From Lingula anatina (lineage: Eukaryota; Animalia; Brachiopoda), in NCBI GenBank assembly GCA_051362555.1, contig CM120640.1, positions 55,964,788-56,028,787 on the forward strand: a DNA stretch of 64,000 nucleotides, given 5' to 3'. Shown piece by piece: positions 53,701 through 64,000 of the stretch. Both the position numbers and the translations under genes were made by a program. The stretch's first letter is position 1. Each line of letters opens with the position of its first letter. The notes under the pieces were generated by a model. It was given only the letters and a program-made list of their open reading frames with translations, was not told the DNA's origin and ran no database searches.

Positions 53701-56700
53701 GCGTCCCAGTGAATACTACTACTTTGTAGTGCATGCTATACTTCATTCACAAATTAACTATACCATAAATTTATAAAACAATAGAAATGTTTCAATTATC
53801 TTTAAAAAAACATAATGCATGCCAAACCCAGCAATGACAACAGTGACCTACATTCAGTACAAATCATAGGCCCTAGACAAAGTTTGAACAAACTTACTGC
53901 CAAATTATGAAAACGGACACCTAGACCTTCAAACAGCAAATGACAGGGGTCGACAGAGTTTCTTGACTCAAAGGATCCCTCTCTGCCCCCTCATCATTGC
54001 ATTTAAAGGTACATATGAACCGAACATCTGTGGAGCGTGGATTCTCAGTAACACATTTAAACCACTTCTACTAGATTCTTATATGACTCAAATAAATTCG
54101 ACATGCCAAGGGATAAACTGAATAGATCACTCGATCAGCCATAAAAGACCTTAAGACTGCTTTCTTAAAATTTTTGGTTGTAAATTTAACCTACTTTCAT
54201 GACCTACTTTCCTGCCCCATTGACATACAGCTTAGAATGCCAGCAGAAAAATCCGTTTAAACATCCATTTTCGGGTAAAATTAAAGGGATAATAACTCTT
54301 CGTATGAAATCTGTATTTCACAATAAAAACATTGTGAGTGACTCATAAAAATATAATATATTCTGTTTTCCCACAAAAACGGCTGTTATAGCTATTATTC
54401 TGATATCATAGCTTGTCTTTAGACCACGTGACCTCCATTGATGGCTATACTCTGTTAAAATCTCTTAAGAGATTTTAACAAAAAACCAAACTTTTTAGAA
54501 AAAAACCAGGGACTAACTTTGAATGTAAAAATGGATTCATTAACCATTGGTAAGTATGGGAAAATTGTTGTTTACTCCAGGAAAATTCATTTTTTGGCCG
54601 AAACGAAGAGTTATTATCACTTTAAACAATGCCTTTTGGTAATTCTCCTAGTTGTACTACTTGAAACTATATGCTGGCATTTGGTTGGTTTTTGTGACAA
54701 AAATTGACTTTGTATGCATCTTTAAAATTCTCTTAATTGAGCTTATTATCCATAAAATGAGCTTGTATGAAAGTATATTTTAAATTGCATGGCAGTGTTA
54801 TAAAACACATAGTCACATATGTACTTAGACTGGGTTCCCACAGATTTAGATAGATCAATCTGGATTGACCTAACTCCTTGGGGGTTCACGCTAAAATGCT
54901 GTCAGCTTCCGGGTGCTGAGGGAGCATAAAAGTTAATCTCCTCCTTTTGATAGGCGGGACAGACATTTAAGCCGGCCAAGTTGACAGCAATCTAGTGAGA
55001 CTCCCCAGGGGGATAGATCGATCTAAGCATATGTGGGAATGGTCTCTTATTTTCTGAGTTGAGCTTGATTTTCCCTTCTTATTGCAGAGATGGTTGAGCA
55101 CATGAAAAGTGTTGCTAAATTGAAAGAAGAACTGACTGTTGAGGAGAGAAACCTGTTGTCAGTAGCATACAAGAATGTAATTGGTGCAAGAAGAGCATCC
55201 TGGAGGATTATTAGCAGTATAGAACAAAAAGAAGAAAACAAGGCTGATAAACCTGAAAAATTACCAAAGATAAAAGAGTATAGAGAAATGGTAAGATAAA
55301 TACATCTCATACATCAGGTGAATAAACCAACCATTAGCACAAAAACTAGTCTTCATTTGTACTAAATGATTTGTACTAAATGTACATGGTATTGCTTTTA
55401 TAAAACCCATGTGGGATTCCACATACAATGCAATTTAGTACTTTTATTATCCATGTTCATGGCCTACATTCTGATTGACATAGTCACTATCTAGTTTACA
55501 ATTACAAATCTGGATGAAGCGACCATCCATGTCATAAGGTCACTGACAAGCTTACTCAACTGTCAATATTTCCAAATTAAAAGTGGGAAGTCTCACTTAT
55601 CTGAGGAAATGGGTATAATTTTTAAAGAAGTTGAATATGAAGTCTTTTGGGGAATTCAAATCTGACCTTTGATTTCACCTTTGACATATTTTTCTGGTAC
55701 ATATGGTGGTTTATATTTTGAGAGTATTATTTCTGCTGGTTTTCATAAGCTTTGTAGTACCATTTTTCAACCAAAGGGTTGTAGAATGGATGCTCGGTGG
55801 TGGGCACGTAGTGATAAAATGTTTACTTTCTATCTGGAGTGCTTTTCACTAGTGGCAAGAAATATGAGGGTCACAAATTGCTTCTCACCAGCCACGAAGC
55901 TTGATCTATATATGATATCATTTTATTCTTCAACCAACTCATTCAAAGGTTATCACAAAAAAACATCTCGACAGTTCTAGTGGGAGTTCTAGTCCCCCTT
56001 TTTGCATAGCTCCGCTGTTGTTCATGAATTCCAACCTTTTGTGTTGTGTCATCAAGGGAAGGACCCACTTGGTTTGAAGCATGGGTTGTCTACCATCTGG
56101 TTCATTAACAGAGTATGTGGACCTTGTAAGATGGAAGAATGCAAAAGATTTTACATTCCCTATAATTTATTTTCTGGAGATGTTTTTAATAGGATAACCC
56201 CAGTAGAACCGATGAAAAATTATTAATAAGCCAGAAAATACCCAAGCACTTTAGTTGCCCAGCTGTCGCCTACTATTGTCCAAACAATGCCCATCAGTCT
56301 TTAGACGGCAGAAGCATGGTTGAATGATCCCCACTGACTGTTGGCTATTGGTTGCTGATGATGATACGTAGAAGGTAAAGAAAAGGCTTGATGGTTGTTC
56401 AACCGTCATTCAAGGATTGTTTGTAATTGCAATTATTCAGCTGATGCACAGGTATCCATGGTTCTACAGGAAATCACATATTTGAGCTTTTATGTAGAAG
56501 ATATTTTTTGGGTTTGTCAACCACTGAGCATCCTAGTTGTATTATTGGTTCCACATGAAAGTAACAAAGTCTCAGCTGTGTAAGGGGGGCCTCAGATGTG
56601 GTACATGCCCAGGAGTCCTCAATATCACTGTTTCTCAGGTTCAAGTTATTGAAAAGACTGAAATTTCCATATTAGTATATTGACTTGGGGAAAATTTTGC

Positions 56701-58194
56701 ATGAGATGTTATTTGTCATGTTCTCTCAATTCTCTGATAGAATCAGTAATGTATTTGACTAAACTATTTTTAAATATGTAGACTTGCACATGATACAAGA
56801 AACTTTTATTTGTTTCAGGTTGAGAAAGAATTAAAAGATATCTGCGATGATATTTTGAATGTGATTGAAGAGTACCTTCTGAAGGGAGATTCAGTGTCTG
56901 GAGAGTCAAAAGTTTTCTACAAAAAAATGTAAGAGATTTTTTTTCTTTTATTTTATACCTTACACCCCACATATGTGAGTTTAGCATCCAGATAGTAAAA
57001 TGACCTGAATGGGTGTTTTTAATTAGTGTACAGCCATGCTTGGTATTGATTACTTTGATGAAAACTACAAAAACCAGACATAGTGAAGGTTTTGCAGGCC
57101 CATGTGTTTTCTAAGGGGCCACACATGGGTATTTAACGGTTTCTCTCACCAACAATGATTTGAACAAATATTATAGTACTTAAAATTTTGAAAAAAAAAA
57201 AAAGAACTTTCAGAAAACTTACTGAAAACTGATAATTTATACCCACCCTTTGTTCCATTATTATATAAAAACATTCATAGCAGACCTCCACCAAGGACTT
57301 TACTTGTGAGAAATTATAGACAATTGGCTTTGCATGTACCTGAGAACACTTTGAGAAAGACATTGTTATATTATAAGTTAAAAACCACAGAATGGCATAG
57401 AATTTTTTTTAAAGGAAACTTTGTGATGCTGTTAGTGATCTCATGCATATATGTGACCATCAAAATAGGTCAAACATAATTACTACACCTTTTTATTATT
57501 ATTATTATTATGGTTTTGATTTTTTTTTTTTTAGGAAAGGAGATTACAATCGATATCTTGCTGAGTTTGCAACTGATGAAGAAAGGAAGAACGCTGCAGA
57601 AGCTAGTTTAAAGGCCTATAAAGAGGCAAGTGATCTCGCTGAAACTGACTTGAAGCCTACGCATCCAATTCGCCTTGGCCTTGCTCTTAACTTCTCGGTG
57701 TTCTACTATGAGATCCTTAATTCACCAGATAGAGCATGCCGTCTAGCCAAACAGGCTTTTGATGATGCCATAGCAGAGCTAGACACATTGAACGAGGACA
57801 GCTATAAGGATTCCACCCTGATCATGCAGTTGTTGAGGGATAATTTGACGCTGTGGACATCAGACATGCATGGAGAACCAGGTAAGATATAACAAATATG
57901 ATTGGCCGTTGTTACAAGTGGAGCACATATTTTATAGCTTTCAGTTTTTTCTCTGCAGTAATTTATCATTGACGAGCACATCTGAAGTTCTGAAACATAT
58001 CTTTTCTATCTTAATTTTCTGATGTCCTTAAGTAATCCAAACTTCTATTAGTGTTGGGCCGTAAATCTGTTCATATGTAAAGCATTCAAGGCAACTCAAC
58101 ACAATATCAACTCTTTTTCATTATTTTGCTTTGTGTTATTCCAGGTGATCAAGGACAGGAGCAAGTTGAAGATTTGGAAACAGAGCAGTCTTAA
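50780..58194 (+). CDS. YWHAE: 14-3-3 protein epsilon, 5 coding exons
   Basis: Exons 50780-50840, 55088-55290, 56819-56928, 57535-57881, 58145-58194; [90 protein letters not shown]. Confidence 0.97.
51264..53335. mobile_element. Palindromic MULE-like MITE carrying a nested insertion
   Basis: TIRs GGTGTGACTGAAATGCGCAATACAC... / ...GTGTATTGCGCATTTCAGTCACACC; 9-bp TSD CTAACTTCT (51255-51263, 53336-53344). Confidence 0.85.
51613..53220. mobile_element. Nested 1.6-kb non-autonomous DNA transposon (CAG...CTG ends)
   Basis: TIR CAGACATGCTGAAA, subterminal CGGTCCG repeats, flanking TTATAT duplication (6 bp). Confidence 0.8.
54007..54721. mobile_element. Kolobok-like MITE family B containing a family A copy (54285-54621)
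   Basis: TTAA at 54003-54006 and 54722-54725 (outer) and at 54281-54284 and 54622-54625 (inner); empty site at 44017-44020. Confidence 0.85.
54826..55046. mobile_element. Palindromic MITE (same family as 20281 and 35880)
   Basis: TAGACTGGGTTCCCACAG...GTGAGACTCCCCAGGGGGATAGATCGATCTA...TGTGGGAA. Confidence 0.7.
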
Positions 58195-60452
58195 TTCACC
58201 ATAAAGAGTGACTTCATAATCATCCATTGTAAGAAAAACTCATCTCATCATGATGTGCTATAATGACAAAAATTGATTTGGAGCAGCTTTTAACAGTGAA
58301 TGTGTAAGCAGCACAAATATTGCAGGAAAAGATCATGCATTTCTGAATGTGTATCTGCTTTTGGGTTATTAATGTACAAAAAAATGATGTACAGGATGAG
58401 TGCCACACAATTAGATACAAATAACTTCTCTTTTTTCAAGTTTGTCTGTCTACTAGATTAAATTTGTTGTGTAGAGCTCAGAGATAATTTGTTTCCACCC
58501 TGTGGTCAAACAAGCTAGTAAGGTGTCTGGAATAACCAAGCTGTCAAGTATTTTAAAGAATCCGTTGCTCTACAATTACAATGCCTAGATGGTGTGACCT
58601 GATATTGTTGATCATTTTTTGAAGACCCATTATAGTTGTTTGTGGTTTTGGACTGTCCTTCTACTTGGTCATTTTGCGTACATGAAGCCCACATTCAAAA
58701 TGCCACATCCATTTATTATCAAATTTCCATAATTTATTACATGTATAGACCTTGTGTTTGACATATAGTCCATTCTGTGCTGTTAGTGATGCCATGGACT
58801 ATTTTCACAGAGGAACTTGAAATCAGCATTTTGCCTCAAGCATATCAAATTAATCTGTTAATTGCAAATGAAGTTCAATATTGGGCCTAGTTGTTGCTCT
58901 AGGGTATTTTGAAAAATGGGGAATTTTTGTTTCACAAGTAGTTGTGGTGTAGGTACAAGTCTGTACATTGATGTCCAATTTTTCATTTGCCTTTGTTGTA
59001 TTATGCTGATTTTCATTCAATACCAAGATTAAATGTATTCAATTTTTAGAGGCTTTTGCATTTGTTAGGTAGTGTACACTGCAGCATCCCAAGTCATTAT
59101 TTAGCATCAGAAATTTGTTGCAATTATATACTCAAGTTGTAAACTTATGATTTGTGTTGCTGTTTTTGTTTATACACTTGATATCTCATTTCAGTTTCAG
59201 ACTAAGTGTATAGCTTTTAACCCCAATTTTGGAATACTTAACTGGAAATTTGTTTTAAAGGTCATTACTGATTTCTAGTTGTCACATGAAACCAAGTTTG
59301 GCGATTGAAACTTGCAGAAAGGATCAGAACTGTGGTTCAGCTTAATTTGATTGCATTCACAAGCTGTAGAAATGACGTATTTGATCTGGCTTACCACTGT
59401 CACTTATGCCCATGCAGATGGGTGCACAACATGTTATCTAAGATATTAACTTCATACAGTATAATCTCATTGATATGCTTAACCCTGCTGGTGGTACATA
59501 CACAGGTGACAACACTTTTATGATCCTGTATAATCCCTGTAGTCCTTGATGTATAAAATTAGTTGATTTTTCTACAGATGATAGTAAGCTATTGTATTCT
59601 TTATGTTTAATGGATTATAACTATTTTAATGTCTCAATTGAGCCCCCTGCCCTCACCCCACCCCTGCCTTCAAGTACTGCTGGTTGTTCTGTTCTTGATA
59701 ACATTGTTTTAGTATGCTGCTATGCTAAGCTGTTGTGTAACAACTGAACTACCAAGGACCAATCATTTTTGTTAAATGTATTTTCGCCAAGAAGTCATCT
59801 GATTTATGTACATTTCCTGTAAATGGTGTAACATAGGTGCCATGCAACATTAAGTTATTCACTAGTATTGCACTGTGAAGGGTTAAGATATTACTTAGAT
59901 GCTTAAGGTTTTCTTATTGTGTTAATGTTTTTCTCTCAGCAAGAGCGATGTTGGGGGCTACTGTTACAGGTCTACTTCTCTACAGGTTATCCCACCATGC
60001 CAAAGATGTATGCTGTCACAATTTAACATCCAGTACTTGGTGTGGACACCTATGGAAATACCATATATCAGCAATAGATAACTTTGTAATGCTTACCAGC
60101 TTTGTCATTTAACCTTAACTGAAAACAAACTGAATGCGTATATAGGAACATCATTAATGGAATGGAATTATTTATATTACACTTGATGTTTTTCTATGTG
60201 TGATACTAAAACAAACTATTACTCTCATGTAGTGTAAGTTTTGTTGAACTGCATGTTGTCAAGATGCTTCATTTTCTGTTGTATTCTACATTAGTGTTAT
60301 TGTAGTACTGATCAGACAGTTGCTCTGTAACTGTGTTTAAAGATGTCTTGCTTTTATTATAAATCAATCTGAGAAATGGAATGAGTGTTGTTTATATCTG
60401 TATGTTTACCTTCAAATTTCAGATTGAAATCCCAAGTCACTGACAAGATTAA

Positions 60453-60793
60453 AGGGATAATAACTGTTCGTTTTGGCCAAAAAATGAATTTTCCTGGAGT
60501 TGACAACAATTTTCCCATACTTAGCAATGTACATTGTTAGTTTTTTTTTCTAAAAAGCTTTTGTTTTATATATATATATATATATACATACACATACGTA
60601 CATATATATACACATAATCTCTTAAGAGATTATTACAGAGCATAGCCATCTATAGAGGTCATGTGGGCCAATGACAAGCTCAGATATCAGAATAATAGCT
60701 ATAACTGCCGTTTTTGTGGTAAAACATTTCTATGAGTTGTTTACAATGTTTTCATTGTGAAATGTGGATCTCATGCAAAGAGTTATTATCCCT
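60453..60793. mobile_element. Kolobok-like MITE, family A (complete)
   Basis: TTAA-AGGGATAATAACT...AGTTATTATCCCT-TTAA. Confidence 0.85.
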
Positions 60794-61124
60794 TTAATCA
60801 CATCTCTAATAAAGCCATTTTAGTTACACAATCCACGAATAAGAACCTCTTTATTAACAACCTTGCATATGAGGATTAGAAAACAATTATTTTTTGCCTC
60901 GCGTAGGGATTCTTCTGACTGCATGACATTCAAGTTGGCAACCCTTAAATGACGTGTAATGATATTGCTGTTCGGGCAGTATAGAAATCGAGACAACTGG
61001 GTGTAGTGCAGATGGCTTTTTTGTGGGGAGTCCAAATGAAGTGTGTTATGACTTATCAACACTTACTGAATGTACTGAAATTCCTAAAAACCGTGACAAG
61101 ATTCCAGTGCCAGGAACAGCAGCC

Positions 61125-62163
61125 TACCATGGCCCATAGGAGCCTACGCGTGCGTCTTTTAGACGCCCCTTTACATGCGAAAACGACAAGGCCTATGCCG
61201 AGTTCGTCTTTTACTACAGAGCTTTGAGAGCCGAAAATGACATGGCTGCGTCTCTTTCGCCACTTACTGAACTCCACAGATGCGAGATTGACACGACCCA
61301 TGTTGCATTCGTCTCTCAAATGACACTGTTATAAAACATGAAATAGGCATAATGTGTGATTTTCGCAGCTGAATAAGTAGACCCTTATAAACGAAGTTGA
61401 CGTAACTTGAGAGTCATGTCGCTTTCAACTCTTACAAACCTCCAACAAAATCTATCTCCACACAGACGCGCGCGACATGTACTATTGGACATGGGTCAGT
61501 TGAAACCTTATTAACCTAAAGGGCTCATGTTACTTTCAGCCAACTCTTTTATGTCAAATCCAATTAATTTGAAACAGTGCTGTGCTGTCCCAAAACATTT
61601 TTTTCATTTGAATCCCATCATAATTTAGTGCTATCTAGATAACAGTGTGGCTAATTGCTTGTAATAATTATATGGCCTCATATTTTTATTTTCAAGGATT
61701 CAAATATAAAGGGTTTTAAGACGGTCCTTCTGTTTCAAATTAATTGGCTGAAAGTAACATGAGCCATTTAGGTTAATGTCGCTTTCAACTGACCCATATC
61801 CAATAGTACATGTCGCGCGCGTCTGTGTGGAGATAGATTTTGTTGGAGGTTTGTAAAAGTTGAAAGCGACATGACTCTAAGGTCACGTCAACTTCGTTTA
61901 TAAGGGTCTACTTATTCAGCTGCGAAAATCACACGTAATGCCTATTTCATGTTTTATAACAGTGTCTTTTGAGAGACAAACGCGACATGGGTCGTGTCAA
62001 TCTCGCATCTCTGGAGTTCAGTAAGTGGCGAAAGAGACACAGCCATGCCATTTTCGGCTCTCAAAGCTCTGTAGTAAAAGACGAACTCGGCATAGGCCTT
62101 GTCGTTTTTGCATGTAAAGGGGCGTCTAAAAGACGCACGCGTAGGCTCCTATGGGCCATGGTA
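61125..62163. mobile_element. Fold-back non-autonomous element with ~430-bp TIRs, IS3EU-like ends
   Basis: TACCATGG...CCATGGTA termini; 6-bp TSD GCAGCC (61119-61124, 62164-62169); long, highly similar arms. Confidence 0.8.
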
Positions 62164-62249
62164 GCAGCCAACTATTCTCACCTCCAACCTATTATGCAGC
62201 ACATACCTTGAGTAGACAAAAGTGCTCCCATTTATTTATTTATTTATTA

Positions 62250-62650
62250 GTTAATAGAGACCCCCCAGAAGCAAACAAAGCAGCTCACTGGGCCATGAGG
62301 TAGTCCCTTTGCACCAAGACTGGCCTAGGTGTGTAAGAATGGGACAGACCTGTCTGGACAAGTTGCATAAACCTGACGAGGTTTTTGTTCATAAGATGCA
62401 TATCCTGAGGTCGGAAGAGGAACTATACTTCAAACTCCAAGAAGACTACATATTTACCTTAAAGAAATAAAAAAACAATATTTGAAACCGGGTGAAAGCT
62501 GATGGTCCTTACTGTTGTTTGGAGTGTATAATCCTAAGAAACCAGATAAAATTAGAGGAATGTTTGACTCATCTTTACAGCATGAAAGCCTTTTACTCAA
62601 CAACGTGATCCTTAAAGGTCCAGATATGACCAACAGTCTCCTGAGTATTT
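62250..62650 (+). pseudogene. Decayed BEL/Pao retrotransposon RT fragment
   Basis: FGVYNPKKPDKIRGMFDSS...LNNVILKGPDMTNSLLSI resembles the BEL/Pao pre-RT motif; surrounded by stops and frameshifts. Confidence 0.7.
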
Positions 62651-63710
62651 GTGATATCTCAGAACCCAATGTTATGAGTCAGATATGTCATTTCCAGTGG
62701 TAGATAGAAACCTTGTGGTAGAGTGGAATTAAAGTTGGCAAAACAAAAGCATGTTGTCTGCTGCCTCTGTATATGAAACATACCCAACAGCATTTAAGTG
62801 AATTAAACACCCTACAGCAAAAAATAACTGGTCAATTCAGAACAACTTTAAGACCCAAACTTGAGGCGGAGATAAATTATTAGATGACATTATTGAAAAA
62901 GTAGACCAGACAGCAAAGCTTGCAAATATACAGGCACCAAAAAGGAACATCAACAAAATACACGCAAAAATTAATTATTACAGTATAAGTAATTCAATCA
63001 TGCTGTTTCCAAAAGAAAGCTGTCTCTTTATCAAACAAAACCACTCAGTAAAATTGTAGTTAAACAAAAATATAGTTTGGTAGTTACATGTCAAGCTGAA
63101 TGTTGCCAAATTGTGCAAAAAATAAATAAATAAATAAAATAAAATAATAAAATAAAATAAATACACTTGTACGACCTTGTCATACTGTAGTTCTTACAGT
63201 CATTCCCATGCAAATTAGTATAAAATGAAGCACTAAATTATGTTAATCATTTCATATCAACATATGGTATGACACTCATGCAGAAGATTGCAGGAATTAT
63301 AACATAACTGCTTTTACAGGGCAAAAGATTCCCAATATTATATATTTTCAGTGAAACCAGCTTCAAAACTGGCTGTAAATTGTACAGACTAGATACTATT
63401 AAAGCCAATTTTAACCCCAAAATCACTATTATGACACGTGTAAATGATAAATGTATGTAAGGCAGTACATAAGGAGTTTTTGGCAAAGGCTAACAATAAC
63501 CTTAAGACAGCAGGATGGTCAAACAGTAGCACAATCACCAAGTTTAATAAAAGAAGCATAGATGACCCTTGTGACTTTGCTTCTTCTATTCTACATGACA
63601 TTCCATGAAATTATTCCCCTAACAATAAAATTATTTCAAAATGGTTAAATCTGCAATCATGACCTTCTGTATTTTCCACTTTCTCCAGGAAAAAAAAAAA
63701 CAGCTGTAAT

Positions 63711-63915
63711 CTATTTTCCTCTGTGTCTCTTTTTATTTTTTCCTTTCTTATCCGTTTTCATTTTCTTCATATCTTTTTTCATTCTTGGGTCCACAACTTT
63801 AAAACGCCCTTTGACACCTGCAGGTCTACCAACCCGCTTTCCAGCCCCTTTTTTAGCCACAACATATGCCACTTCTGGCTTCTTCTTTCCCAAGATACCT
63901 GCCTTCTTGTAAATT
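63711..63915 (-). CDS. FTSJ3: Last exon of pre-rRNA 2'-O-methyltransferase FTSJ3/Spb1 (gene continues beyond the window)
   Basis: Acceptor at 63916-63917; IYKKA...[30 protein letters not shown] is the Spb1 C-terminal signature; stop TAG at 63711-63713. Confidence 0.9.
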
Positions 63916-64000
63916 CTGAAATGTGACAGACACATTTTGAAATCAGAAAAGAATAAAAAAAAGAAAGAGAAATGTCTGCTGTCCTTGTTAGTAACACAGT

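Noticed and set aside
61056-62211. Pair of similar ORFs on opposite strands
   Set aside because: Mirror images produced by the long TIRs of the fold-back element.

Overview
AT-rich, intron-rich animal genomic DNA (invertebrate; the repeat content looks lophotrochozoan or mollusc-like, which is inference). Five conserved genes were assembled exon by exon: the 3' part of OTC (+), complete DDX55 (-), GGNBP2 (+, head-to-head with DDX55), 14-3-3 epsilon (+) and the last exon of FTSJ3/SPB1 (-). DDX55 intron 2 hides an antisense, phase-consistent 5-exon ORF of about 409 aa that resembles ZU5/UPA/death-fold proteins. DDX55 intron 1 carries a very young full-length Ty3/Gypsy element (25567-32566, 614-bp LTRs, AGTT TSD). 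This element has three unusual traits. Its U5 is built from tandem tRNA-Leu PBS/LTR-end units, and another PBS-like half-site lies beside the PPT. The only LTR-LTR differences I can see (3) all fall in the last U5 unit. Pol also carries a transmembrane-like segment between RNase H and integrase. The rest is a dense set of nested non-autonomous DNA transposons (Kolobok-, Harbinger-, hAT/P-, MULE-, IS3EU- and Helentron/HINE-like), LINE and BEL/Pao relics, and local duplications. All comparisons were made by eye; no database searches were run.
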